Source: Trichosphaerium sp. ATCC 40318 (lineage: Eukaryota > Protista > Tubulinea). From it: 64,000 nucleotides of DNA. Shown here one piece after another: positions 12,892-26,500 of this stretch. The stretch spans positions 496,001 through 560,000 of the forward strand of contig JALMLS010000376.1 of assembly GCA_038496445.1 (NCBI GenBank), read 5' to 3'. Both the position numbers and the translations under genes were made by a program. The notes beneath the pieces are model-generated. The model had not been told where the DNA came from and made no database searches. It worked only from the letters and a program-made list of their open reading frames with translations. Each line of letters opens with the position of its first letter. The first letter of the stretch is position 1.

Positions 12892-14170
12892 ATGGCGTCT
12901 ATCTTCTCAGATAACGAGACAACATTATTGTTTGATCAGAGTGAACTACGTAGGCATAAACGAATTAAACGCGCGTCTGTATGAACAACAAACCGATATT
13001 TTAGGTAATGTTCCTAACGGAAACCTTTAGTACATACCTGACGAGGAGAGAAATAGCCCACAGATAGAGTATGTAAAAAGGCTTCGTAAATTAAGGTTCA
13101 GAAGGCACGTGACACTAGTAAACATTGTATTAGCATAGAATTTTGTAAAAATTATCCATACGTGACCGATGGTTTCGTTCCCAAATGAATTATTCTTTCT
13201 TAAGATATGTTTTAGACAATGGAAAAGCGCTGGTGTCGTATTTGTGCTTCTTGGTACTTTTTTATTCTATTCCCGTACGTTGCAGTTGGCGAGAATTTCG
13301 TCATCAGTTTTGATTGTATTTTTGGCTAACGTTTTGTTTTGTCATTATACCAAAGCCAATTGAAGCTTCGATTAGCGATGCGCAGTACGCAAACAGTACG
13401 TAATATTAGCTTCCTGTTATTTTGACACGTGATAGCGTCCATAAGTGATTTTGGTGGTCCTGAAGTTGATGTTGATCTTTCGGTACTTGTTATTATATGA
13501 ATCCTTTCTAGCTGACAAAGAATGTAGTTTACGTTGTCTATTTTGAACAGAAACTATATATCTGTAGTTCTAGAAAACGCAAATTTTGAAATGGAGTATC
13601 GCGATGTAGACTTTTCTATCACACTTGGCCGTGTATGTTTTTTTTACTGTTGGTTTTTTGTTTGTCTTATGTTTTCATGTAGATCAGCCTACCTAAACCG
13701 ACGCTATTATCGAAAGGACAAGTGGTAATTTTAAACTATTTTTATTTGGCAATGCTATTAATGTGTTCCATACATTCTGGGATCAGCAATCAAATCTGCT
13801 TTATTACAAAAGTTTTCTTTTTTTTTTCTTTTTTTTTTTTGTTTTGATTTGTTCTTCTTAGCGTATTCCAATATTTTTTCGTTTCTCAAGTAAGAACTTG
13901 GCCATTCCTCCTGTAGAATACTTGAGGATAGTAAAAAAGTTTACAAAAGATGTATTGGCTGGCATTATACCCGTTCTTTTTAGAGGCAAACTTCATGTTA
14001 GAGTTTTTGGCATCAGGCCAACAGTAAGCTTTGAAGCGCCTGTAGAATTCAAACTTGGTGATGTTTTAAATACTAACATACCGCCAAACCCTATAATAGG
14101 AGGGAAAAATTTTGGGGCACAGCAATCGATTCTTAACATGTTAGTTGGTGCAGTGCAGAATGTTAACTGA
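12892..14170 (+). CDS. Single-pass membrane protein with LEA_2-like beta-sandwich (tentative)
   Basis: Basic N-terminus, hydrophobic segment (AGVVFVLL...), then LNRNYISVVLENANFEMEY and FRGKLHVRVFG; some exon boundaries uncertain. Confidence 0.5.
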
Positions 14171-14566
14171 ATAAACAATAAAAAACTAAACCTTAAAACT
14201 TTAACATCTCACGTTTCAAAGTGATAAACGTGTATTTCTATAAACTCTTTCGCGTATCCGTACGTAGACCATCTTGCACTGTTGTGTTGTCGATTTGTTC
14301 ATCTGAGAAAAGTACAGCAAAGTTTGTTGAGATGCTTTTCTTGAAACACAACAAGTAATCAAGTCGACATAGCGAAGGATGATTGAGTTATGTTTGTATA
14401 CAGATAGCAGTATTGTTTTGAAGGGTGTTGTTCACAAACAACAACCAAATAGTTGTGTATTGTTACAATTTTCTAAAAGGGTGACGATCAATCGTAAAAA
14501 ACAGTTTGGGACTAATTTTTATTTAGGTTAACAAGTTTGTCGTGCTTCTTTTACAAGTGGATTCTT

Positions 14567-17500
14567 CTAATTACGGGAATCCAGTTCTACACCATCAAAT
14601 CTCTTTGCGCTTCCTTGTTTTGGTGATCCTTTTGTCTTCAGTATAATGACACCCACAACAATAGCTATCAAAGCGAGCACAACAAGTACAGCAACGGCCA
14701 CTACACCATAGAACGCTGGAGACTTCATGAAAGAAGAATTATTGCTGTCATTGTCCGTCACAGATGACTTTCCTCCTCTGGCTGCTAGACCATCCTAATA
14801 ACATTGTTAGGTACTTTAAATGTTATGATTAGGCTTCTTACGTTTGTTATGAACTTGTAGAGGACAGATAATGAATGGACATCTCCGTTGATAGCTGTAA
14901 CATCAAGTGAAACTTCAATGATGTACTCAGTATTTTTATCTACATTAGCATCTGACAAATTAAACGTCATGTAGAGTTCTGAGATGAACTCATTCAATTG
15001 CCAATTGGTTGAAACACCTGTTTGGCTATTTGGTGTTGACATTTTACGAGAATAACTGGTTTGTACTTTCTTACAACCCTAAACACTCATTAGATTTTGA
15101 AGAAAAAAATAAAGTTCCAAGAAACTAGCTGCCAATAAAAAAGAAGCCGTACGGTGGTTAGGTAATCTTCCTTGAAATCGCATAACCAAGCATCTGTAGC
15201 TTCCATGTCTATAATACTTGAAAACAAACTTGAGCTCTCGAATACAATTCTTGCTTCTTCGTCAGGTGCATAAGTAGTAGCAGTTGCACCTAAGGCAAAA
15301 ATAAGAAGTTATTTCCTCTGGAGCAAAAAATTCATTTGATTGTACGCACTTGAATATACACCTCTTGCTCTTGCTTCGATTTGTGGATCTTCTATAACTT
15401 CAGGTTCGAAAGTAGGTATCTTAAACGAGTGTAACCCGACATAGTGTTGAACCTTCTAAACGTTCAATGTGAGCAAGAAGAAAAAAGTATGAAATAAAAA
15501 TTTGTCGCGTACGTTCGAATTGCCACAGAAGTGAAGCGTGAACTTCGTTTCTACTAAACGGAATGGATCACAATCGTGGTCGAGTGTGAGAGTCATTTCC
15601 CATTCTTGATAACACAGTGGTAATCTGGTATCCTTTAAGCAGTCATCACAAATATTCTTTTTGACATTTTTAAGAGTTCCAATTTCCTTTCCGTTTAACG
15701 TTGGATCTTCTCCTGTGAGACTAAAAAATAAGGCTATTAGTAACGTGGAATAACCAAGTGCAAATAGGCACTCTATTTGGTTGAAGAACGTACTATTGTT
15801 CGAGTCCAGTGGAACCAAGAATAGTTGTTCTGAACTGTACTGTGTACATGTTCACTCCTGCATCATATGATATATCTTTTGTTTCGAAACTAACACTAGC
15901 TCCACTTGATAGTAAACCTGCGCTGTAGACCACTAATGGATTTTTCTTATCTGGTTCGAATAGATTGATGTTCTAAGTAAGCAAAAAAAGTAAGCACAAG
16001 AAAAAAAGGTAGGAATTTGTTATTAATGTATGGTACCTCCACGTGATTCTCTGAGTTTCCGTTTCCATCTACCATAATCGTGCGTACAAATAAGGTGTAC
16101 AATGATCCTTTTTGACCCTTATCGTTGGTTGCAGGCTTAAAACAATGTAAGACAAAGTAGCTACTTTATGAGCTAAACTGTACCTTGGATTTAGGCCCGC
16201 ATTTGTTAAGCATGTTTTGAATATCTCCAACACCATACAAAACGATATCTTCGCAGTCGCTTGTGTAATATTGCTTAAATTCTACACCGCAGTCTGTATC
16301 TCCAGCAACGACAGAAGCCTGGATGTTGTAAGTTAAAAAAACCAGGAAATACAAAGTTAAATTATTGAACATACGTATAAAGTACGCTTATCTATGGCTG
16401 GCGCGTGTACTACAACAAGAAGGTCCTTCAAACTAGTGTATTCATCCACAGTGATTATTGAATCACGTTTTGTAACTTGTGGAAGGTCTTTACACTCTAA
16501 AAAAACAGTTAGAAGATGATTGCTCGAAAAAACCCAAATTATCTCACGAACCTGAAGACAATTGTAGCTCATCTCTTGTAGGTACTTCTTCACATTTACG
16601 CTCGCCATGAGGGAAAATAGGAACGTGTCCTGGGTTCTCAAAAGGTGTACACTTGAGTGTCCTACATTGATCTAATCCTTCTGTAAAGTTTCCTCGTATC
16701 CTAAGAAAATTATGAGAAAACAAAAACAAAATATCGGAGCTTAAACAAGCGTACGCGACACAAAATCTTTCAACGACGTTGTTGACACACTGTCCATCAA
16801 GTGTACAACAAGCACCTGGATATCTTGGAGGTTGGAATGTTGGGCACACTCTAACAGGGAACCCATCAAGGGTTTGACATATCTCTGGTGATGTTCTGAA
16901 ACAAGCATGAAGGTATGTGACAGCACACCAAACTATTAAAAGTAAATACTTGCGATATTGGCACGTGTTTATCAACGTACTATCAGGATCATCAATAGTA
17001 ACAAGAAGTGGAGTTGGAGAAGTAAGCGAAGGCAAACGTGTACTCATAGGTCCTCCTGGGCCATTGTTTTCAAGGTCGTTGTAGGTACCAACATAATAAA
17101 TATCGCCAGAAATACCTGTTGTATCAATGGTGAAGCGTTCAAAGGCTGCATTGATGTCAACGTAGCGTCCTATTAAATAAAGTTAGTTTCGTGTTTCTGA
17201 TACTCTTTTATAGATACTTACCATGACACTGAACTTGCTGTGGAAGCATGATTGGACATACAAGCTGATTTATCATGGAGTTAAAAGGCATAAATTTTCC
17301 TTGTGATATTGTTATTTCAAAAATTCCAATAGAGGCTTCGTTCTCTCCAGAATCGTCTAAGAGATAATACAATAAGTTATTGAGAATACAAAAATGGTAC
17401 TAGATAAAGTCTTGATGCTATTGCGTACCTATTATAGCAGCATCAAAGTCAATGCTGGTTGTGCCAAATGGATAGTGGAAAGTTTTCGTTGGATCTAATT

Positions 17501-20500
17501 GATCACCTTCACAAGTATCGTTTGTTAAAGGATGATTATCTAACCAGCATATATCACCAGATTCGCTGACATATTTTCCTCCTTGTACAGGCTAAACAAA
17601 AATATATTCGTAAGTTTTAAGTACGTCGTAAATCAAATTGTTACAAAAAAATTGAAATGTTTCTTCCAAAAACGTGACGTGACAGGTGGTTTGAAATGAT
17701 CACGTACAACATTGGCGATGCTGACAGCTGGTGGATCATTTATTGGGTTAACACGAATGATATAAGCCTGTTAAAGAACAAGTTAGTAAAAAATACCAAT
17801 CACAATGTGAAGGTAGGAACTTACCATTTTTACGCCTCCTCTGTGGTCGCGAACTTCAATAGTAAGCTGTTCATCACCATTCCAGTTTTCATCAGGCTCA
17901 TAGCGAACTTTTGACAGTGCTTTGTTAAGTCCAGCAAATGCTGAGTTTGCTCCAAAAGAAGTGAAGTTTCCAACAGTTGTTGGTGTATTAAGGTTCATTA
18001 ATAGCCAAACGTTTGTTCCTTGTCCTGGTATTTCTTCACCGATTTCGGCTGTGACACGGTTTATATTAAGCTCAGGTAAGAAGAGAAGTCCGTTATCGAC
18101 TGACAGAGATACTTCCATGTAGTCTAAATTTAATGTCAAATGTAAGGCACTTTTTTGTTGTTCTCTCGATCTTGTAATGGCGTACCATCATAGTCTACAT
18201 CATGGAAAGTCCATCCATCGTTGATAGTGACCTGAGTATCTTCATCAAGTGTAGCAATAATATCACAATTCTGGGTAGGAGCTAAAGGGAGAAAATTAGT
18301 TTAGTTTATCGATTGTTAAGCGTACCACTCTCGTTTAATGCATTTTGGTTTGGACATTGTATTGGTCCGATTGGATCCAATACTAGATTACTGTCGTCCA
18401 TAGTAGGAACATCATTGACGTTCTTGATTTTCAAGCTCAAATGACCAGTAAAAGAAAGACCGGCAACTGGACCAGCACCGTAATGACCGTTATCTTCAAG
18501 TCTTATATCAGCACCGAATGTTCCAGATGAATTCTCATCAGGGACAAATGATACTGTTTCCATCAATTCGTTCAATCTCAGGAGAGTTCCTTCCGCAGTA
18601 AAACCTAGCAAAGAAGTTAAAACCAGTTTAGCTGAGGTTGTGTAGGTACCAATGTTGTTTGCTAGTTGTGTAGTTGTTACACCAGCAACATCAACCCAAG
18701 TGAAGTGTCCGTTGACACGGAAGTTAGGAACTATAGCGTTGAAGTATGCTGCGAGTAAAGGATCTATGATATACGTAGCAATATTATTATCAGGGTTGAT
18801 GATAGTCGTTGAGAGCTTAGTCCTAAACTCACAGTTAACTTTTTCTTTACCAACTTTTTGTATGCACTTCTTTTCGTACCTATCAATTGTAACTCTGAAT
18901 TGTCTTGAGTCATCATCACTAGGTACATCTACGTCGCTGAAAGATGAATCAGTACGTGTGTGAATAGGCTATGGGTGTACCGCAAGAGTATTGGGAATGC
19001 TGTTTTAGGTGGATATAGTTCTAATGTTTGATCTTCTAAACCAGTAACAGTATTTGGTGAAATGACAAGAGGTTCATCATTTACAGGATCAACACTTATC
19101 GCCATGGTCTATTCAACATTAGATCTCATTAACCATGCACTAGAATTCTATTTTCACATGTTTCTAAAATCCTTACCATATTTACAGAAGCTGGTACAGG
19201 ATTGTCGCTACCAGGATCAAATGATGTACCTAAACAATGCAAAGTTAGTTCCTGAGTCATCGAGTTTTGCAAGAAATTTTTCTTCAAAATAACACGTGCC
19301 TGTCACGAGAATCTGAGTGTCTCCATGGAAATTTCTTGGAGGTACGATAACAAGTGGTTGAGTTGGAGTCGTGAACGGAGCCCAAACAAAGTCAGTTTGA
19401 ATGTTGGTATCAGATATAACATCAGGGCCAGGGAGAGCTCGCTTTTTGTTTCCGCTAGTTCCTCCTTTTGATGCGAATTGTACGTCAAAGACATCAAGCA
19501 CAGGATCATATTGGGCTGGTTTAATACGCCAACCTTTAGGTACATTGCTAATTTGGATGCCTAAGATCTCTTCTGGGTCAACAGCTTGTAAGTCAATATC
19601 TAATAAGATATCTGTGTCTTCCAAGCCCGTGGAAACTCCAACAGTCAAGTCAGGTGTTTGCGAAATACATTGGATAATAACCTAGTATAAATATTAGTTG
19701 ATACCACGTGAGAAATCAATAAATATTTACCTTGATCTCTTGGAACATCATTGGGTTTCCATCCTTGTCAAGAGCTTCTACGACTATTGTATCACGTCCA
19801 CAGAAGTTACCTAAATATAAGTCAACAAAAGCTCCAAGTACACTTAGATAGGTTGGCGTACCTGGATCGTAAGTCAAAGTACCAACGTCAGCAGAAATGC
19901 TTGCAACCTTGCCAACAACTCTGATTTGTCCGGCGAAGTATGTTACTGCAACATCAGCGCTTGGTACACCGTTCCATGTGAATGAAGCGTGATTACAGTA
20001 TAGGCGAAGTGTCATTTCTGATCCTCCAGCTGGTGGATGATTGTAACGAACTTGTACACCGACTGGCACAGGGTTAAAGTCGTAACCACGAACAAAGGCC
20101 GGAATTAAGATAACAATACGATCAACAAATGGATCAGAGAAAACGACTTGAGTTAAAGTGTTCACATCAGCTCCTGTAAGATGTGTAAGTATTTAAAGAG
20201 TGATAAGTGGTTTCTTTCAAACGTACCATTGCTCAAACTAGTTGTAACGGCTTCATCTGTACTGTAAAGAATACGTTTATTCATAGGTACTTCATCGAAT
20301 CCAGAGTTCTCATTATCGCTGAAAGTGAAGCGGATAGTTACTTCAGAAGTTCTGTTTAAAGTTTAGTTAGAATGTACAAAATCAATAAACGATTACCCTG
20401 GAGTAGCGCCACTGTCAAACTTGTAGACCATGCCGAAAATGTTGTTGTTAATATTGGCAAGAGTTCCCTTTGTCAAATGAGACTTTGTGATACATTGTAA

Positions 20501-23500
20501 AGAGTGGTACGTACATCGAGTATCAAGTGGTATGGTGTTACATATTGGTAAGCAATCGTGCCATCTGGTTCAAAAACTAACTCTCCGATACCCTCTAATA
20601 CATTGATATCGAGTGTAACCCATCCCTACATTCAAACAGTTACTCATCAAGAAACATTAGTTGACACTACTTACATCGAAAGCATCAACATCCTCAGCGA
20701 AAGATGTAAAGAAACGAGCGAAAAACTCATTTCCTGTAGTGGACACTGTAGTTGGTACAGTCAAACTTGGAGGATCATTTACCTAGTAATAAAGTAAGCT
20801 CACTAGATAGATTGTATGAGGGCTGAGTAGTATTCATACAGGGAATATAAGGATTGGCTGAACTTTTGTTGTGAAAGCGCATTTATCCTCCGGATGTCCT
20901 GCCATAGGTTCCTGAAACAAACGTGTAAGCAAACAAATGATGTATATATGCGCTTGATACCTCCTTCTCTTCAGCAATACCAACAAGTAGGAAGCAGAAT
21001 TCTCCCTCAGAGTTAGGCGCTGGGTCAAATTGAAGATCAGGAATCAAGTTAGCAGGAATGTTGCTAAAGAGACAGTTATTCGGTTGTTAGTAGTGGTGGA
21101 GTTGTACGAGGTGTCCGCAATTGGTTGTCCATTTGCAAGGAATCGCGCCTAACAAGAATTAAGGTAAGCTATTTAAAGCTCGGTATTGCGTACGCCTTGG
21201 TCAAGCTTTAGTGGACATAGGCACAAGTTATCGTGACACGATAGAGGTGCTGGAGGAGCTGCAGTAGGACCAACACCACCGTTATTGAATGGATCGGAAC
21301 AAGGAATATCACCTGCAACATCGTCTTTGACTTCAGATGACAGAAGTTTTCTAGAAATTTAATTAGCCTTCAGAGAAAGTTGTTTTTCGTGCCTGTTAAA
21401 CATTGTCACACGTCTAAAGAATATAGGTATTGACTCGAAATGCAAGTAAGTGGATTCTAAACCAACACCAATACTGACTTCTCCTTGAATGACATTTCTA
21501 GTATTTATGTTACCAGTGACACTGGCGAGTGTGCACTCAAGCCCATTGACATATGCTTTTGTATCATCCGACACAGTATCACCTAAACAGCTAGTTAAAT
21601 TTTGGTTTCTTACCTGTGTTCGCGAGTACCATTTACAGTGACTGCTACATGATGCCAGTTATTTGGTGTTATGGTGTTACCGCCAGGAACGCGCTAGAAA
21701 AAGTTCTGTTAGAATTCAGATAAGGGATTTGAAGAAAATGCAATACCCAGATTAATCTTGTTGCTTGTACTGCTCCTGCGTATGCACCGCTTAATTGATA
21801 CAAGAAAAGGTTACTTCCACCAGAAGATACACCAAATACCTTAGCATAGGGTTTTAGCAAACGACAAGAAGGTATAAAGTACCCATCCAGAGGTAAGGCC
21901 AGTTGATGGATTAGGTCCTAGCTTGTGAGCTATTGTATACGTAGCAAAAAATTGTCTTTTGCCTGGAGCAACAGGACGGAATAATGCTGTTAGCGAGAAG
22001 TCACCATTGTAGTTTATGGCGTTAGATCCAGGAGCATGAAACAAATTGGATGACTGCGTTAACAAACTATAAAATATAATGAGTGGTGGTTATTATTCAA
22101 TCTCAGCTGAGCATTATCCGTACCTGACATAGTTGTCATCTTCAGTTGTACTCAGAGAGTATCCAGTTGCTGGAGGTTCCATATGGTGTTCTAAGCCTGA
22201 AATATCCTATACAGCACGTTAATATTAGGTGTGTGGTGCACTTGTGACGCAATGTTACCTTTCCTGGCTTAAACAAATCTTCGAAATCCCACCATCCTAT
22301 GATACAGCAATCTCTTGGATTTACAGGAGATCCACTAGCCGCTGGTAGTTGACATGTACAAAGCTCTGCTTTTTTCTCATTGTATACTTCTTGCATATTC
22401 GTATCCCACAATGCAACATGCCATACACGTACATCATCAATAAAACCATCAAAATCAAGCAGATCGCCTACCTTTAAAAAAAAAACCATATTAGTATCTT
22501 GTTGAAAAATATGTTTGTAGTACTTTAACGACATCTGTATCCACAGTATTGAATGGTCCAACTTGTACTCCAGGAAGGAAAAAGATAAATCTGTTGACGT
22601 TTTGACCGTCAAAGTAAAAGACAGGAGAAACATTACCTTTTTTTAGAAAGTCAATAATCAAACAAACTTGAAAAAAAAACCCAAAAAACTGTACCGTAAG
22701 TAGCTGAAAATGCGAATTGATGCCAATCAGCCAGACCAGCTATTGTAAGTCCTTCTGTCAGTAAATTTTCGGATACCCAAGAGTCTCCTTGATCTTTGAA
22801 TCTTGAAAGAAGTTCAGCGATTTACTTTAGAAGTAACAAAAACTTACCGAAGTCTAACGTAGTTTGTAAGACCTATACGTTGTACAGAAATACTGAAAGT
22901 CCATCTCATTATTGGTTGTGTTATACTTGGTGAGGTGCGCTCGATTAGAGTATACTCTTGCTCAGTAGATGTAAAGGTTGGCGGAACACTAAATTTGATT
23001 CGAAGAGATGCTGATGTATCACCCTAGCACATGAAGCGTAAGCGGAAAATACAATCAAAAAAAAAAGGTTAGTTTTGGGGTGTACGTACCTCGAAGTTCA
23101 AAGAATTGAGGTTGTTTATCTTTGCTGTCACTCTAGAACGCAAGAACTTAAAGGCGCCACCTGAACCTTCATTTGGTGCCCATTGACCGCCTAGAATCTG
23201 CAAATGCGCTCCGAATCCGGATGAATCTTCAGCAAAAGAACCAAAAGTCTCATCCATCTTCCACCACGCTCTAAGAATATCATCACAGCAAGCATCACCA
23301 ATACCGTCACCATTGATATCTTCTTGTAAAGGATTCGATACAAAAGGACAATTATCTAATGGCACGTGAGAATCACGTGGAAATAATTTGAAAAGGCATA
23401 AAACCAAGCGTACCACAGCGATCTCCTACGCCATCTTCATCAGTATCAGGTTCATCACAGTTACAAATGCCAAGACTAAGGATTTCTGAGTCATCGATAT

Positions 23501-26500
23501 CTACTAGTCTTGCTTCTACGTTGAGATCAAGAGGTCCGTTATCTTCCCATCCCATAGATCTTTTGACGACTACTTTAGGTGGATCTGCCACGGGGAACAT
23601 CTCTACTTTAACCTCATTGGGTGCAGATTCAACTTTACCGTCGCTACTTGCAATAACAAAAAACCTACAATGAACTTCAGCACCAACTCCAAAAAAAAAA
23701 AAAAAAGAAAACTCCACTAGATTTAAAACATACGTATCGTCTATGTCAGTATCTGGTTGTGGGTTGTAGGAAAACAAGCCCTTGTTTACATCTTCAAGAG
23801 ATACTATACCTTGACCAGAAGAGTGTATAAGGAAGAATGCTTTTTCATCGCCAATGGTATTAATGTCAACACCTTAAACGCCTTTGTTAGCTTCCTTCTC
23901 AAATCTCTTTTTCTTACCTGATACTGGGTCGTCTTCTCTAACTTGTATTGTTTGGTCTTGAGGCAATGGGAATTCCCTCGGTTCTTCTTCGCAAGTATCA
24001 AGCAAGTCGAATGTAATCTTATCCATAGACCATTTTCCGATAACTTTATCTACAGCCGCTAACCAGTCAAGACCAATGAAAACTATCTTTAGTCTCAATT
24101 CAAAGATGAAACTAACAGTGACAGTGATAGGTGTAAGCTCTAGCTTTATATCAAAGCAAACATCCAGCGGAAATTGACCAAAGTCCAATGTGGTTGTAGT
24201 TGGCAACTAGTACAATGTTAGTTTGTTTCCATGGTGAACAAAGTTCTTTTGTTCACGAAAGTTCTAAATGGTACCTTAACTGCCAGTAGTTCGAGTTTTA
24301 TTTTAATACCAGCACGAACAATAAAGAAAGAGATGGCTGCTTTTACAGTTCCCTCGACAAGAAATTTTGGAGTAACTGTACCAGTAGCTGTAAGTTCAAA
24401 TATGCATACTCCAACGTCGAAATCAACACCATATACAAACTTTGCTCCAACTTCAAAGTCAAGCGCAATACCAGCAAAAATAGGTACTGAGAAAGAGAAC
24501 TCGAATATTTTAACATCATTTTTGAGTTCGTCCACAGAAGAGAATGCAGGCAGACAAAGGCCTGTTGGTAACTTAAGACCTACAACAGGTTTTAGCCCAA
24601 AAAAAAATAAAACCAAAAAAAAAAAATTGTGCCTAAAATATCGTCTCGTTTAGATACTCCACTTCGCTTGTCATCATCCTTGAACATGTGATGAATGCCT
24701 CCATTGGCTCCTGTAAACTCTCCTTTGATTAAGTCATAGCCCAAGAATATCGCAAAGTAGTCATCTTTGAAATCATCAAAGTTCAATAATGTTCGTTTGT
24801 CATCACATTTAGCAAAAGCATCAAAATTTTTGCCAATAAATTCACACCATTCACCCTCGCCTGTAGGTATAGGTCAAAAACACAACATTTCTAAAAATTT
24901 ACGTACCTAGTGAGCTATCCAAGCTTACACGCATCCCAGATATCCAGGAGGAAAACCAGACACTAACAGAACTTAATTACTTTCAATGCTATTTTTTTTT
25001 TTGGCATACGGTTTGACAGCGCAACAACAGTCTTCATAGGCTTTCCACCAATCATCAGTTAAGCTAGTAAATTGCTTAGTCTATAAATAAAATATCACGT
25101 GACGTACTCTTTAATCAACCCACCAAAATCTGGATCACTGCCTGGAGCTAGCCCAGCGAGAGCCAAAAGATACTTGATTTTAACTGCACGAATGAGTTGA
25201 TCTTTAATACGTTGATCTTTAAGTGCATCAATAGGTATGATATCCCATGCCGTTTCGATAGCTTGTAGCTCAGATTCATAGGCTTCTTTGGCCTAAAAAT
25301 ACGTTTAATCGGACCGACTAGAACACAAGAAGAAAGAAGCGTACGGTTTCGTATGGGTCGTGATAGTTTCCATCATCATTTTTCTCTTGAAGCTTGCGCT
25401 GTATCTCATGTCGTACACAATTGTTAGGTCCTTCTGACCCATCATCGTATAGTTTCTCACAAGCACATTTCGCGTTTTCAATGTACTCAGGAGGGAGCCA
25501 ATCTGCAAGACCTGGTTCATCATAGTAGTCGCAATCAGTACGTGAAGCGCCATTAGGAAGTTCGCAATTCTTAAGCTCCTCGAGGTTGGCCAAATCTTTA
25601 AGAAAGTTCCAATCATCATTTGCAGCAATTGTCAACTGTGCCGCTCTGATAACTGCACACTCTTCTGGAGATGCAGTGCATCTATGAAGACCACACTAAA
25701 GCATATGGTTAACAAACAATCTTCTTTCAATAAAGTAACAAACACGTGTTACGCACGTTAAAAGCTAACCCTTCTGGGCAAGTGATTTCAGGTCCAGAGA
25801 ATCCAATCTCAAATTCAGTGGATAAAGTATCACGTTTTTTGGTGTCGGAAAGAGATTTCTTATGAGAACCTGCTATACGCTTATTTCCAGGCGTTCCTTG
25901 TGTTATACCCATATCTATACCGATACGAAGAATAGTCAATTTGTGGCCGAAAACCCACGCGTGTGCAGCAAACTCATCGTTTATCTTAGCAGATGCTTCA
26001 GGTAACCCGTTAAGAGGCCATTCCACTGAGAATATATTATCAAATACTACAATTATCGTTAGTGTGAAAACGCGAATAAAACAGGAAATAATCAACGTAC
26101 TTATTTCGTAGTCTGCACCAAATTTCTGGTCTCCAAATTTATCTCCTTTTCTTGAAGTATCACCAAGTTTCAGCTTGAACTTGTAACCACCAAGTAACTC
26201 ATCAAGTACTTCATTAATAATATCACGTTTCTGAGTTTGTAAAGCAATGATTCTTTCATCAGAAAAGTGAGATATAGTTATGTTAGCTTCATTGCGCAGA
26301 CTTAAACAGAGTTAGAAAGAATTCAACGATATGTTGCCAAGTATTCACGCACGTTTCAAGGTATTTATATACTTGCATGTTTTCGGCAGCGGCAGTGTTG
26401 AGTGTGACCTTAGCAAGCTTTACTAGTTCTTCATTTGTTTCAACTGTAATAGTGAAGAGTATCGTATCAATATCTTGAATGGACAACTTCTCATAATGTT